Translations under genes and position numbers: made by a program | Part shown: positions 21,311 to 33,635 of the stretch, in pieces | How the letters are laid out: each line of letters begins with the position of its first letter | Numbering within the stretch: position 1 is the stretch's first letter | Assembly: GCA_944385895.1 (NCBI GenBank) | Contig: CALWYZ010000012.1 | Location: forward strand, 16,347-80,346 | Source of the DNA: an uncultured Clostridia bacterium | GTDB taxonomy: Bacteria > Bacillota > Clostridia > Oscillospirales > QAKW01 | Length of the DNA stretch: 64,000 nucleotides | Direction of reading: 5' to 3' | The notes under the pieces: generated by a model | Seen by the model: only the letters and a program-made list of their open reading frames with translations | Databases searched by the model: none | What the model was told of the DNA's origin: nothing

Positions 21311-22573
21311 TTACTCTACCTCCTTGGGATGAGAAATTTTACCTGTTATTGCACTTGCCGCAGCCACTACGGGACTTGCAAGGTAGACCTCTGATTCGGG
21401 ATGTCCCATTCTGCCTACAAAGTTACGGTTTGTTGTAGCAACCGCACGCTCACCCTTTGCAAGTATTCCCATATGCCCGCCAAGACAAGGTCCACAAGTC
21501 GGAGTGGAAACAGCCGCACCACACTCAATAAATGATTTTAAAAGACCCATCTCCATTGCCTCAAGATATATTTTCTGAGTTGCGGGAATTACAATGCAGC
21601 GAACATTTTTAGCGACCTTTTTGCCTCGCATGATCTTCTCTGCCGCAATAAGATCCTCAAGCCTACCGTTAGTACAGGACCCGATTACTACCTGATCTAT
21701 TTTAATTTCTTCAATCTCCTCAACAAGATGTGTGTTTTCCGGCAAATGAGGAAATGCAACTGTCGGTTTTATTTCAGACAGATCTATGACATAAGTCTCA
21801 TCATAAACAGCATCAGCGTCAGCTTTGAATATTTTAGGCTCACGTTTGCTATGAGCTTTGACATATTCAATGGTTTTATCATCCACTTCAAATATACCGT
21901 TTTTTCCTCCGGCCTCTATTGCCATATTTGCCATACAGAGTCTATCTGAGACTGACAGTGTATGTACACCCTCACCTACAAATTCCATTGATTTATAAAG
22001 TGCACCGTCAACACCTATCATACCGATTATATGTAAAATTACATCCTTTCCGGTTGCATATCCGGTAAGCTGGCCTTTCAGTTCAAATTTAATAGCAGAA
22101 GGCACCTTAAACCACGCCTTGCCTGTCGCCATACCGCATGCCATATCAGTTGACCCTACGCCTGTTGAAAACGCGCCGAGTGCTCCGTAAGTACATGTAT
22201 GAGAGTCAGCGCCTATCACAACATCTCCGCAAACCACAAGTCCCTTTTCGGGAAGTATAGCATGTTCTACTCCCATTTGTCCTACATCAAAAAAGTTTTC
22301 AATATCCATTTTACCGCAAAAATCACGGCACATTTTACACTGCTCAGCCGCCTTTATGTCTTTGTTAGGCGCAAAGTGGTCCATTACCATAGTGACCTTT
22401 TTGCCGTCAAAAACGCTGTCTTTACCAAGCTTTGCATATTCCGCAATGGCAACCGGTGAAGTTACGTCATTACCCAAAACAAGGTCAAGATCTGCAATTA
22501 TAAGCTGTCCTGCCTCAACCTTGTCAAGTCCTGCATGAGCGGCAAGAATCTTCTGTGTCATTGTCATACCCAT
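21311..22573 (-). CDS. leuC: 3-isopropylmalate dehydratase large subunit
   Basis: Aconitase-family protein; '[11 protein letters not shown]' and the Fe-S Cys motifs '[13 protein letters not shown]' and 'GSCTNGR'. I placed the start at Met-14 of the ORF so that it does not overlap cimA. Confidence 0.93.
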   Translation of the reverse strand: MGMTMTQKILAAHAGLDKVEAGQLIIADLDLVLGNDVTSPVAIAEYAKLGKDSVFDGKKVTMVMDHFAPNKDIKAAEQCKMCRDFCGKMDIENFFDVGQMGVEHAILPEKGLVVCGDVVIGADSHTCTYGALGAFSTGVGSTDMACGMATGKAWFKVPSAIKFELKGQLTGYATGKDVILHIIGMIGVDGALYKSMEFVGEGVHTLSVSDRLCMANMAIEAGGKNGIFEVDDKTIEYVKAHSKREPKIFKADADAVYDETYVIDLSEIKPTVAFPHLPENTHLVEEIEEIKIDQVVIGSCTNGRLEDLIAAEKIMRGKKVAKNVRCIVIPATQKIYLEAMEMGLLKSFIECGAAVSTPTCGPCLGGHMGILAKGERAVATTNRNFVGRMGHPESEVYLASPVVAAASAITGKISHPKEVE

Positions 22574-22577
22574 AATA

Positions 22578-24146
22578 TCAATATTCTCCTTTTCGTGATA
22601 ATATATATTCAAATGAGTCAGTCAAAGCTGTGAAACTGGCCTCTATTATATCATTTGAAACGCCGATCGTAGTCCAGCTTTCATCGCCGTTTGTAGACTC
22701 TATAAGTACACGTATTTTTGCAGCAGTAGTACTGCTCATATCTATAACACGTACTTTAAAATCAGTCAAGTGCATCGAGCTTATCTGAGGATAAAAAACA
22801 CAAAGAGCACGCCGTAAAGCCACATCCAACGCATTTACCGGGCCGTTTCCCACAGCTCCTGTTATTTCCGTTTTGCCGTTCACATTAAGAGATACGATTG
22901 CACTTGCTTGCATTGAACCATCAGATGCGGGAAAATCATCGTTTGTTTTGAAAAATTCAATATTAAAGCTCGGTTTCCACAGCCCCAGCTGTTTTTTTAT
23001 AAGAAGTTCAAAACTCGCTTCCGCAGCCTCATATGTATAACCGTAAAACTCACGTTCTTTAAGTACCGCAAGCAGCTTAGCAGCCTCAGGGGAATTTTTG
23101 TCAATACCCGGAATAAACTTCTGTATCTTTGGAAGTATAGTACCCCTGCCCGACACCTCGCTTGTCAGAAATTTACGGTGATTACCTACAAGCTCAGGAT
23201 CAATATGTTCAAAAGAACGCGGCAGCTTCATTACACCGTCAATATGCATACCGCCTTTATGAGCAAATGCGCTTTTTCCGACATATGGCTTGTTATTTCG
23301 CAGCCGTACATTAGATACCTCTGAAATAAATGTTGCTGTTTGCCGTAATTCTTTTATATTGCCCGCAACACTATATCCGCATTTAAGCGCCAAATTGGCA
23401 ATTATTGTGGAAAGGTCCGCATTACCGCAGCGTTCACCGAAACCTACAAATGTTCCCTGCACAGAGCTTGCGCCGTTTTGTACTGCTGTAACAGAATTTG
23501 CAACTGCACAGCCGCAATCATCATGACAATGTATTGCTATTTTTGTTTTATGAAAAGTCTTACTTACTACATTAGTTATTTCACCAAGTGCATTCGGCAT
23601 CATGCCTCCGTTTGTATCACACAAACACACACAATCTGCACCTGCTTTTATGGCTGTATCAATAACTTTCATTGCATATTCACTGTTATTTTTATAGCCA
23701 TCAAAAAAATGTTCTGCATCAAAAACAACTTCTTTACCCAGCTCTTTAAGATAATTTACTGTATCATACACTATTTTAAGATTATCTTCAAGTGATATTT
23801 TCAATATTTCGGTAACATGCAAATCCCATGACTTTCCGAAAATTGCACAGACAGGCGTATTTGCCGAAAGCAAGCTTTTTATATTTGCATCCTGTGAAGT
23901 CTCAACATTATTTCGTCGAGTACTGCCGAAAGCACATAATTTAGAATATTTAAGCTTTATTTTTTTCATCTCTTCAAAAAAGAGAAGATCTTTGGGATTA
24001 GAGCCCGGATTTCCTGCTTCTATATAATCTATTCCGAATTCGTCTAAAGCCTTTACTATTTTAATCTTATCGGCAACGGAAAATGAAATTCCTTCGCCTT
24101 GTGAACCGTCACGCAATGTTGAATCGTATATTTCAATGTGTTTCAT
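22578..24146 (-). CDS. cimA: (R)-citramalate synthase (LeuA-related, TIGR00977-type)
   Basis: 522 aa. '[25 protein letters not shown]' and '[13 protein letters not shown]', with a C-terminal LeuA-dimer-like regulatory domain. It is a second, divergent paralogue next to a bona fide leuA. Confidence 0.75.
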   Translation of the reverse strand: MKHIEIYDSTLRDGSQGEGISFSVADKIKIVKALDEFGIDYIEAGNPGSNPKDLLFFEEMKKIKLKYSKLCAFGSTRRNNVETSQDANIKSLLSANTPVCAIFGKSWDLHVTEILKISLEDNLKIVYDTVNYLKELGKEVVFDAEHFFDGYKNNSEYAMKVIDTAIKAGADCVCLCDTNGGMMPNALGEITNVVSKTFHKTKIAIHCHDDCGCAVANSVTAVQNGASSVQGTFVGFGERCGNADLSTIIANLALKCGYSVAGNIKELRQTATFISEVSNVRLRNNKPYVGKSAFAHKGGMHIDGVMKLPRSFEHIDPELVGNHRKFLTSEVSGRGTILPKIQKFIPGIDKNSPEAAKLLAVLKEREFYGYTYEAAEASFELLIKKQLGLWKPSFNIEFFKTNDDFPASDGSMQASAIVSLNVNGKTEITGAVGNGPVNALDVALRRALCVFYPQISSMHLTDFKVRVIDMSSTTAAKIRVLIESTNGDESWTTIGVSNDIIEASFTALTDSFEYILSRKGEY

Positions 24147-24155
24147 GTCAAATCC

Positions 24156-25661
24156 TTACTGCATAAGTTGATTTACCGCGGAGAGGTATGCCTCAATACT
24201 AGCTTCTATTATATCTGTTGACAATCCGCGTCCGTTAAAGCTGTGAGCATCGCTTTTAAGTTTAAGTATGACTTCGCCAAGCGTATCCTTGCCCTCTGAA
24301 ACAGCATTTATTATAAATTTATCAAGCGTGTGTTCCGGAGGTAAAACAATTTTATCTATTGCGGCGTAAAGCGAATCTATCGATCCGTCGCCCAGCGCTG
24401 TCTGCTCAATAAACTCATTATCCTTTTTAAGACAGATCGTACCTGATACTCCGCTTTTACCCATAGTCTGAACATCAAATTTAACAAACTTATAGATTCC
24501 TTCCGTCGTAACGGTATTGTTGTTTACAAGTGCTTCTATATCGCCATCTGTAACAGACTTTTTGAGATCACAAAGATCTTTGAACTTAGAGAATGCAGTT
24601 GCTATCTCTTCATCAGTAAGTTTATATCCGAGCTCTTCAAGACGTGTGGTAAATGCATGCTTTCCTGAATGCTTTCCCAATACCATCTTATTAGTCTGCA
24701 CGCCTACAGATTCAGGAGTCATAATTTCATATGTTTCCTTTTTAGCAAGAACACCGTGCTGATGTATTCCCGACTCGTGCGCAAAAGCGTTTGCTCCGAC
24801 GATAGGTTTATTCAGCGGCGCTGTTTGTCCTATTATGTTATATACAAGCTTGCTTGTACGGTAAATCTGCTTAGTATCAATACGAGTATCGGCATCATAA
24901 AGCGCTTTGCGTGTACGCAATGCCATTACCGCTTCCTCCAAAGAAGTATTTCCCGCTCTTTCTCCAAGACCATTTATAGTACATTCAATTTGAAGAGCTC
25001 CACCCAAAACACCTGCAAGAGAGTTTGCTACCGCCATTCCCAAATCATTATGACAGTGTACGGAAAACTCTACTTTATCGCTGTCAGGCACATTTTTTAT
25101 AAGATATTCTATTCGTTGACGCATTTCATCAGGTGTCGTATAACCGACAGTATCGGGAATATTTAGAACTTTCGCTCCATTTTTAATTGCCGCATCGCAG
25201 ACGCGAACAAGAAAGTCAAGATCACTTCTTGTAGCATCTTCAGCAGAAAATTCTATATTGGAACATTTTGAAGCGGCATATTTAACCATTTGTGCCGTCT
25301 TTTCCAATACCTCATCAGGCGTCATTTTCAGCTTATACTGCATATGTAAAGGCGATGTAGCCAAAAAAACATGTATTCTCGGGTCTGCCGCATCTTTTAT
25401 TGCGTCATATGCCGCGTCAATATCTCCTTTGACGCATCGTGCAAGAGATGCAACAGAGCAGTCTTTTACAGTCTGAGCTATCGTCTGTACAGATTTAAAA
25501 TCACCCGGCGAGGATACGGCAAAACCCGCCTCGATTATATCCACCTTTAAACGTTCGAGATGCTTTGCAACTTCTATTTTTTCTTTTAAATTCATACTGC
25601 ATCCAGGTGACTGCTCACCATCACGCAGAGTGGTATCAAATATCTTAACATGCTTACTCAT
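24156..25661 (-). CDS. leuA: 2-isopropylmalate synthase
   Basis: 'IFDTTLRDGEQSPGCSM' and 'HCHNDLGMAVANS'; 501 aa. Confidence 0.9.
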   Translation of the reverse strand: MSKHVKIFDTTLRDGEQSPGCSMNLKEKIEVAKHLERLKVDIIEAGFAVSSPGDFKSVQTIAQTVKDCSVASLARCVKGDIDAAYDAIKDAADPRIHVFLATSPLHMQYKLKMTPDEVLEKTAQMVKYAASKCSNIEFSAEDATRSDLDFLVRVCDAAIKNGAKVLNIPDTVGYTTPDEMRQRIEYLIKNVPDSDKVEFSVHCHNDLGMAVANSLAGVLGGALQIECTINGLGERAGNTSLEEAVMALRTRKALYDADTRIDTKQIYRTSKLVYNIIGQTAPLNKPIVGANAFAHESGIHQHGVLAKKETYEIMTPESVGVQTNKMVLGKHSGKHAFTTRLEELGYKLTDEEIATAFSKFKDLCDLKKSVTDGDIEALVNNNTVTTEGIYKFVKFDVQTMGKSGVSGTICLKKDNEFIEQTALGDGSIDSLYAAIDKIVLPPEHTLDKFIINAVSEGKDTLGEVILKLKSDAHSFNGRGLSTDIIEASIEAYLSAVNQLMQ

Positions 25662-25675
25662 AGATTTTAACCTTT

Positions 25676-27337
25676 CTATTTTATTATGGCGCCTTTATCT
25701 GCACTTGAGACCATTAAGCTATATCGTTTAAGGTAACCAGTAAGGTTTGTTTTTACAAGCGTTTTTTCTGTTTTGCGTCTGTTTTCAATTTCGGCTTCTG
25801 AAACATCAAGGCTTATACTGTAATTTGGAATATCAATCGAAATAATATCTCCGTTTTTCACATAAGCTATGGTTCCGCCGTTAACTGCTTCCGGCGAGAC
25901 ATGACCGATGGCGGCGCCGCGTGTGGCACCTGAGAAGCGTCCGTCGGTTATAAGTGCAACTTCCTTATCAAGACCCATGCCTGCAATCGCAGAGGTTGGA
26001 GACAGCATTTCTCTCATTCCGGGACCTCCTGCCGGGCCTTCATAACGAATAACAACAACGTCTCCTGGATTTATACCCCCGTCATAAATGACCTTTATTG
26101 CCTCCTCTTCACTGTTAAATACACGTGCCGGTCCGCTGTGCTTTAACATTTCCGGAGCGACAGCACTGCGCTTTACAATAGCACCGTTTGGTGCCAATGA
26201 ACCGAAAAGTACAGCTAAGCCACCCGTTTTGCTGTATGGGTTATCGGACTTCCTGATGACCTGTGGATTTTTAGAACGAGCATTTCCAATATTTTCTCCT
26301 ACAGTTTTACCTGTAACGGTCAAAAGAGTCGTATCAATAAGTCCTAAATCGCAAAGCTCCCCCATTACGGCACGTACTCCACCCGCTGCCTCAAGATCCT
26401 GCATATGATGATGTCCTGCAGGTGCAAGATGGCACAGATTCGGAGTATGCTCACTTACATCATTTATCATACGTAAATCAAAATCAACATGCGCTTCATT
26501 TGCAATTGCTGCAAGATGCAGAGCAGAATTTGTAGAACATCCCAGTGCCATATCTACAGTCAAAGCATTTTTAAAAGATGCAGCTGTAATTATGTCCAGA
26601 GGACAGATATTTTTTTCAACAAGCTCCATGACCTGTTCACCGGCTTGTTTTGCCAAACGAATTCGTGCAGCATTTACTGCAGGTATTGATCCATTACCGG
26701 GAAGAGCAATACCCAATACCTCACTTAAACAGTTCATTGAATTGGCAGTAAACATACCGGAACACGAGCCACATCCGGGGCATGCATTTTCCTCTATATA
26801 ATTAAGTCCGCTGTCGTCAAGCGTACCGTTTTTATATGCGCCTACCGCCTCAAAAACGGAGTTTAAATCCATAGCTGTGCCATCTTCAGAACAATTTGAC
26901 AGCATAGGACCGCCGGATACAAATATAGAAGGGATATTCACTCTGCATGCAGCCATTAACATTCCGGGAACTATTTTATCGCAGTTAGGAATGAACACAA
27001 GACCGTCAAATGCATGTGCTTTTGCCATACACTCTATACTATCCGCAATAATTTCACGAGTTACAAGTGAATATTTCATTCCCTCATGTCCCATTGCAAG
27101 TCCGTCACAAACACCGATCGTATTGAATTCCATAGGCGTTCCGCCTGCGGCAAGAACTCCGTCCTTTACCGCACGGGCGATATTTTTAAGATGAATATGT
27201 CCCGGGATAACCTCATTAAAAGAATTGACTATCCCTATCAGAGGTTTTTTTATCTGACTGTCAGTATAGCCCATTGCTTTAAGCAGTGAGCGCTGCGGAG
27301 CACGTTCCGCTCCCGACTTCATTTTATCACTGTTCAT
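25676..27337 (-). CDS. ilvD: Dihydroxy-acid dehydratase
   Basis: '[13 protein letters not shown]' and '[17 protein letters not shown]'. The start is likely ATG 27337 (GGAG 8 nt upstream); the ORF-track start at 27355 is an alternative. Confidence 0.95.
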   Translation of the reverse strand: MNSDKMKSGAERAPQRSLLKAMGYTDSQIKKPLIGIVNSFNEVIPGHIHLKNIARAVKDGVLAAGGTPMEFNTIGVCDGLAMGHEGMKYSLVTREIIADSIECMAKAHAFDGLVFIPNCDKIVPGMLMAACRVNIPSIFVSGGPMLSNCSEDGTAMDLNSVFEAVGAYKNGTLDDSGLNYIEENACPGCGSCSGMFTANSMNCLSEVLGIALPGNGSIPAVNAARIRLAKQAGEQVMELVEKNICPLDIITAASFKNALTVDMALGCSTNSALHLAAIANEAHVDFDLRMINDVSEHTPNLCHLAPAGHHHMQDLEAAGGVRAVMGELCDLGLIDTTLLTVTGKTVGENIGNARSKNPQVIRKSDNPYSKTGGLAVLFGSLAPNGAIVKRSAVAPEMLKHSGPARVFNSEEEAIKVIYDGGINPGDVVVIRYEGPAGGPGMREMLSPTSAIAGMGLDKEVALITDGRFSGATRGAAIGHVSPEAVNGGTIAYVKNGDIISIDIPNYSISLDVSEAEIENRRKTEKTLVKTNLTGYLKRYSLMVSSADKGAIIK

Positions 27338-27358
27338 ATCTGTTTCTCCGTTCATGAC

Positions 27359-27387
27359 ACCGTGTCGGAAAACTTTTCCGACACGGT
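27359..27387 (-). other. Perfect 14-bp intercistronic stem-loop between ilvC and ilvD
   Basis: ACCGTGTCGGAAAA-c-TTTTCCGACACGGT. No U-run follows on the minus strand, so it is not a canonical terminator. Confidence 0.6.
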
Positions 27388-27409
27388 ATGTAATATAAAA
27401 ATTTATATT

Positions 27410-28995
<1,586 letters not shown>

Positions 28996-29011
28996 TCGTA
29001 CTCACCCTCGC

Positions 29012-30694
29012 TTAATTCATATTTATTTCATTTTTACGGACAATTATGTCATCGATAGAACCGCCCGGAGGCGTCATGGGAAGCACAAATTCATCCTTAT
29101 CAATAATACAGTCAATAACAGTAGGTTTACCACTCTCAAATGCGGATTTAAATGACTTTTCAAAATCCGCGACTGTCTCTGCTCTGTAACCGTCTGCACC
29201 AAAAGCCTTGGCTAATTTGACAAAATCAGTTTTTCTGTCAAGAACCGTATTTGAATAATGTTTATTATAAAATAGAGTCTGCCACTGTCGTACCATACCC
29301 AAAACACCATTATTCATAATCACAATTATAACAGGAGTCCCTGTTGATACAGCAGTTGCAAGTTCATTAAGGTTCATACCGAAACTTCCGTCTCCTGTGA
29401 TAAGAACAACCTTCTGACCTGTACCGAAAGATGCACCGATCGCAGCTCCCAAACCGAATCCCATTGTTCCGAGTCCGCCGCTGGATATAAATGTTCGAGG
29501 CTTTGAAAAATTGCATCTTTGAGCTGCCCACATTTGATGCTGTCCCACATCAGTTGCTATGAGAGTTTGAGGTGTGATATATTTATTAATAACGTCTATT
29601 ACTGAATATGGCCGCATATTTTCCGGTGTAACATCAATGGATGCTGTCTTTTGCTTATACTCTTCTATTTGGTTTCGCCATTGAGGATGCTGCTTACTTT
29701 GAACTAATGAAAGTATACGTGACAGAGCATCTTTAATATCGCCGACCATACCGAGTTGTACTTCGATATTTTTATCAATTTCACCCGGTTCTATGTCTAT
29801 ATGTATTATTTTTGCGCCTTTTGCAAATTTGGATTTATTACCCGTTGCCCTATCGCTGAACCGAACACCGCATGCTATAACAAGATCAGCGCCGGCAAGC
29901 GATTTTGAAGATGCAAAAAGGCCGTGCATACCCTGCATACCAAGAGCATTTTTATGATTTGTAGGAATTGCAGACAGCCCCATCATACTGCAGCCTACAG
30001 GAGCGTCTATTTTTTCCGATAGAGCTACAAGCTCATCAGATGCTTCTGCTATCACTACTCCGCCGCCGCAATAGATATACGGACGCTGAGAATCATTTAT
30101 CATTTTAACAGCCTTCTCAACATCGCTTTCCTTTACTGTGATAAGAGGTCTCTTTGCTGACGGGCCTTCAGGAATCCATTCGCATGAGGCTATCTGAACA
30201 TCTTTTGGTACATCTATAAGTACAGGTCCGGGTCTTCCTGATTTTGCGATTTCAAAAGCCTCTCGTATTGTAGGACCAAGATTTTTTATATCCTTTACGA
30301 TATAATTATGTTTGGTGATAGGAATCGTAATACCCATTATATCGACTTCCTGAAAGCTGTCACGGCCTATCAGATCAACAGGCACATTACCGGTAATAGC
30401 TACCATAGGCGTCGAATCAAGATATGCAGTTGCAATACCTGTAACAAGATTAGTGGCGCCGGGACCGGACGTGGCAATAACAACGCCAACTTTTCCGGTA
30501 GCTCTTGCATATCCGTCCGCCGCATGAGCGGCACCCTGTTCATGCGCTGTGAGAACATGAGTTATTCTGTCAGAATTTTTATAAAGCTCGTCATAAATAT
30601 TTAATACCTGCCCGCCGGGATAGCCGAATACAATATCGCATCCCTGATCGATCAAACCTTCAACAATTATTTGTGCTCCGGTAAGTTTCATCAT
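29012..30694 (-). CDS. ilvB: Acetolactate synthase large (catalytic) subunit
   Basis: ThDP enzyme: 'FGYPGGQVLNIYD', and 'GDGSFGMNLNELAT...IVIMNNGVLGMV' (the GDG...NN motif). Confidence 0.95.
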   Translation of the reverse strand: MMKLTGAQIIVEGLIDQGCDIVFGYPGGQVLNIYDELYKNSDRITHVLTAHEQGAAHAADGYARATGKVGVVIATSGPGATNLVTGIATAYLDSTPMVAITGNVPVDLIGRDSFQEVDIMGITIPITKHNYIVKDIKNLGPTIREAFEIAKSGRPGPVLIDVPKDVQIASCEWIPEGPSAKRPLITVKESDVEKAVKMINDSQRPYIYCGGGVVIAEASDELVALSEKIDAPVGCSMMGLSAIPTNHKNALGMQGMHGLFASSKSLAGADLVIACGVRFSDRATGNKSKFAKGAKIIHIDIEPGEIDKNIEVQLGMVGDIKDALSRILSLVQSKQHPQWRNQIEEYKQKTASIDVTPENMRPYSVIDVINKYITPQTLIATDVGQHQMWAAQRCNFSKPRTFISSGGLGTMGFGLGAAIGASFGTGQKVVLITGDGSFGMNLNELATAVSTGTPVIIVIMNNGVLGMVRQWQTLFYNKHYSNTVLDRKTDFVKLAKAFGADGYRAETVADFEKSFKSAFESGKPTVIDCIIDKDEFVLPMTPPGGSIDDIIVRKNEINMN

Positions 30695-30711
30695 TTTTCC
30701 CCTTCTTACTA

Positions 30712-30756
30712 GTTTTAAAAATAACGCCTGTGGTTATTTCAACCACAGGCGTTTTT
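30712..30756 (-). terminator. Attenuator terminator in the ilvB leader
   Basis: On the minus strand, a 13-bp perfect stem AACGCCTGTGGTT-gaaat-AACCACAGGCGTT is followed by ATTTTTAAAA. It ends ~18 nt before the ilvB RBS (AAGGGG), with no gene upstream for it to terminate. Confidence 0.75.
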
Positions 30757-30805
30757 ACACTAAATGTCAGAATTGATTTTTTACCTGATATATTACAGTG
30801 TTTTG

Positions 30806-30901
30806 TTACCTATTATTGAAACAACCCGAAAAAGCATTATCATTTAGTAGTATGATAATGCCAATCACTATAATAATCACGTTGCTCAATAATACGTTCA
30901 T
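30806..30901 (-). CDS. Candidate ilv-leu leader peptide (31 aa, 14 Ile/Leu/Val)
   Basis: My hand translation is MNVLLSNVIIIVIGIIILLNDNAFSGCFNNR*. GGAG lies 8 nt upstream of the ATG. The ORF sits between promoter and terminator and is too short for the supplied ORF track. Confidence 0.6.
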   Translation of the reverse strand: MNVLLSNVIIIVIGIIILLNDNAFSGCFNNR

Positions 30902-30929
30902 TTTCCGACTCCGAATTGTAATTGTTAGA

Positions 30930-30958
30930 ATAATAGCACATCACTATCAATTTTTCAA
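30930..30958 (-). promoter_or_regulatory. Sigma-A promoter of the ilv-leu operon
   Basis: On the minus strand I read TTGAAA, a 17-nt spacer (aattgatagtgatgtgc), then TATTAT. It lies ~25 nt upstream of the leader-peptide ATG. Confidence 0.7.
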
Positions 30959-31029
30959 TAGCTAATTCTTTTTTTCTACAAAAAGCATAAAACTATGATA
31001 TTATGCATGTTAATTTGTACAATTATTTA

Positions 31030-31076
31030 CAAATAATAAACAGATGTACAGCCTTTAGCATGCTAAAGGCTGTACA
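31030..31076 (-). terminator. Terminator of the GH73 hydrolase gene
   Basis: 32-nt perfect palindrome TGTACAGCCTTTAGCA/TGCTAAAGGCTGTACA, followed by a T-rich tract on the minus strand, 3 nt after the stop. Confidence 0.85.
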
Positions 31077-31079
31077 GTT

Positions 31080-33467
31080 TTACGGCATATTTTCAAATAC
31101 GGGAATAACAAATTCTATTTCATTGTCAAGAGTCCCTCCCGCTTTATGCGCCTTGTAATAGTTCTGTGCATCCTTATACGGCGCGGCTATATCGGTCATA
31201 TACTGATGCCATGTACGATTGGGAACAAACGAGAATTTCATGAAATAAATGCTGTACTGCTGGCAGCTGATATACTGGGATTTCACCCATGCGGCTCCCT
31301 CGATTATAGCCTTGCGCTTACTGTTCCAGTTATAATTTTTAGCATACACTGCGCCGTTGGACGGGTTGGTGTCTATCGCGCCTATTCCGTAAAAGTTATA
31401 ATACCCTTCATAGCCCGGGATAGTACCGGTGGCAAGAGCGCTTGTACCTCTGCCCGATTCAAGCGCAGCTCTGGCTGTTATAAAATACGGAGACAGTCCG
31501 GTTGATGCGGCACCGTCAAGGATATAATCCGCAAATGTCTGGTCGTTCCAGATACTGAGCACTCCCTGACGAGAGTATACCGATTCATCATATGTCTGCT
31601 TTTCAAACATGAATATACTCTGCTCGTTAAGGAAATTACGCGGGTCTACATAGTATTTGATTTCGTCAAGCGTCGCCTGACGGTTGCCCAGCACTGAGCT
31701 GGCTCCCAGCTGAGATGCTACATATGAATTAAAATCATAACCGGTCTTTACAAACGTAAATTTCCAGTTCGGATGCTGCTGTTTGAGCGCATTTATATAG
31801 CTTGCATATGATTCTGGCATTACAGTCTGCTCATATCCGGCGAAAATGTCATTTTTACGGACATATCCGTATGAGCCGATTTTATCACCGCTGCAAAGCT
31901 GTATATGAACAAAACCGGAATCGATATTTTCATTTAATATAAGAACTTTAGTGCTGCGGCTGAGAGTCGCGATCACGGAAGATCCTGTTGTGGCATTTTC
32001 ATATACCTTGACAGCGGAATTAATTATATATCCGTAAGACAGATCATATGTCTTATCTGAAATAACAATAACAATCTCATGCATTATTCCGTTGGACTGG
32101 ATTTTAAGAACAACAGTATTTCTGCCGGGAGCCAAATTGAGGTTTTCTCCCAGAGCCGCTGTCGAAACAAGCCCGGACTGCTGTGTTACTGTTATGCTGA
32201 TATCAGCATCTTTTGCGGAATACATAACGTCGGTAATCTTCTTTTCGCTCAATGAGGATACAACTGCAGTATAGTAGTCATTATCCTCTGAAAACTCAGG
32301 ACTGAGAGAAAATCCATATGTCTCGATATCCAGTACAGATATCTCAGTATGCTCTAAAACAAATGAATACTGAGAACCACTTGAGTCTCCGTTATACGAG
32401 TAAAGAGAAACGGCGTATGCATTTTCAAGTCCGTACATTGATATAACGTCTGTCTGACCGGGTATATATACATACTGACCAATGACATTTCTGTTTTTAT
32501 CGTAAATGACAACATTTATATCAAAATCTGCCTTTGTAAAGCGCAAAACCGATTTATTCATATTTTCTGTGACTGACGGAGGAAGAAGAAAATAATCCTC
32601 ATCGCCGTAATAGTCGAAAGTCCCGCTGTTGATAGCGTTGAGATCGGAATATACCATTTGCCACTGCCATTCGTTATTATCAAAAGGCAGTTTAACATAA
32701 AACGGCTTTAATTCATCCTGATAATATCCTGTAAGCTTAAGATAATACTTAGCGGCACCCCTGCCCTTATATTGAACTTCCAATGTCTCATTAGAATTAT
32801 TCCAGCCGTTCTTTATGGGATTCATAGCACTATCAAGCAAAGTATATTCCACTCTGCCTGAAAGACCGCCGAGCCGAATACTTACAAACTCGTTATCTGA
32901 ATTTATTTCAAAATAAATAGATTCAGGCTGGCAGGTAAATGCAGCATAATAGGTTTTACCACGTTCAATTTTGTGGGGAATATTTACTGAGCTTCCGAAA
33001 ATACCATCGTTGAGAAATATTTCAAACGCATTTTCAAATGAAACCTCCTGCCCGCTTTTAAGGATATACCCCGTGTTTGTAACAGCAGTATATTCAACAG
33101 GCTGACCGCCATAGTAAACCATAGAATGAGAACCACTGTACACCTGACTTAAATCAGGAAGCATAGATATCTCATTTTTAGTAAAATCCGTTGTAACTAT
33201 ATTTTCCGACATTTTAAAATATGTAGCTTTTTCAGCGCGGCGCTGTTCACGGTAAGTGGATAGCTGATCCTTTTTATAGAAAAAACTCATATCCGAATTT
33301 GTCACAAACGTAGGCTCGTCAAAAGCGTCAAGATCGCCCTCGATATCTATAACTACCTTCTCTTTTTTCGGAAGTGCCACTATTACCAGCACTGCTAATA
33401 TAAGACAAGGTATTAATATAAGTAATGTTTTAAAAAGTTTTATTTTTATCGCCTCTTTTTTATACAC
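31080..33467 (-). CDS. Membrane-anchored cell-wall hydrolase: SH3b + C-terminal GH73 N-acetylglucosaminidase domain
   Basis: 795 aa with an N-terminal TM helix (LFKTLLILIPCLILAVLVIVAL). The SH3b-like segment reads 'VYENATTGSSVIATLSRSTKVLIL...GYVRKNDI'. The GH73-like segment reads 'YFITARAALESGRGTSALA...YNFYGIGA'. Confidence 0.7.
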   Translation of the reverse strand: MYKKEAIKIKLFKTLLILIPCLILAVLVIVALPKKEKVVIDIEGDLDAFDEPTFVTNSDMSFFYKKDQLSTYREQRRAEKATYFKMSENIVTTDFTKNEISMLPDLSQVYSGSHSMVYYGGQPVEYTAVTNTGYILKSGQEVSFENAFEIFLNDGIFGSSVNIPHKIERGKTYYAAFTCQPESIYFEINSDNEFVSIRLGGLSGRVEYTLLDSAMNPIKNGWNNSNETLEVQYKGRGAAKYYLKLTGYYQDELKPFYVKLPFDNNEWQWQMVYSDLNAINSGTFDYYGDEDYFLLPPSVTENMNKSVLRFTKADFDINVVIYDKNRNVIGQYVYIPGQTDVISMYGLENAYAVSLYSYNGDSSGSQYSFVLEHTEISVLDIETYGFSLSPEFSEDNDYYTAVVSSLSEKKITDVMYSAKDADISITVTQQSGLVSTAALGENLNLAPGRNTVVLKIQSNGIMHEIVIVISDKTYDLSYGYIINSAVKVYENATTGSSVIATLSRSTKVLILNENIDSGFVHIQLCSGDKIGSYGYVRKNDIFAGYEQTVMPESYASYINALKQQHPNWKFTFVKTGYDFNSYVASQLGASSVLGNRQATLDEIKYYVDPRNFLNEQSIFMFEKQTYDESVYSRQGVLSIWNDQTFADYILDGAASTGLSPYFITARAALESGRGTSALATGTIPGYEGYYNFYGIGAIDTNPSNGAVYAKNYNWNSKRKAIIEGAAWVKSQYISCQQYSIYFMKFSFVPNRTWHQYMTDIAAPYKDAQNYYKAHKAGGTLDNEIEFVIPVFENMP

Positions 33468-33635
33468 AGTTTTGTCTATATTTTAATATATTTGAAAGCA
33501 AAAATCAAGTCATAACAGTATGCCTGCAAAAATTTACAGATTTTATAATTAATTTTAAAATTTAAAAAAATTACGTTGTAAAAATTAGTTCCTTATTGTA
33601 TAATATTTTATTATACAGTGAAAGGAAACACAAAC

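Noticed and set aside
30695-30960. T-box riboswitch upstream of ilvB (expected from the B. subtilis paradigm)
   Set aside because: I could not find the conserved T-box sequence, AG bulge, GNRA stem I or specifier loop. A BCAA-rich short ORF with an RBS explains the leader better. An Rfam scan should confirm this.
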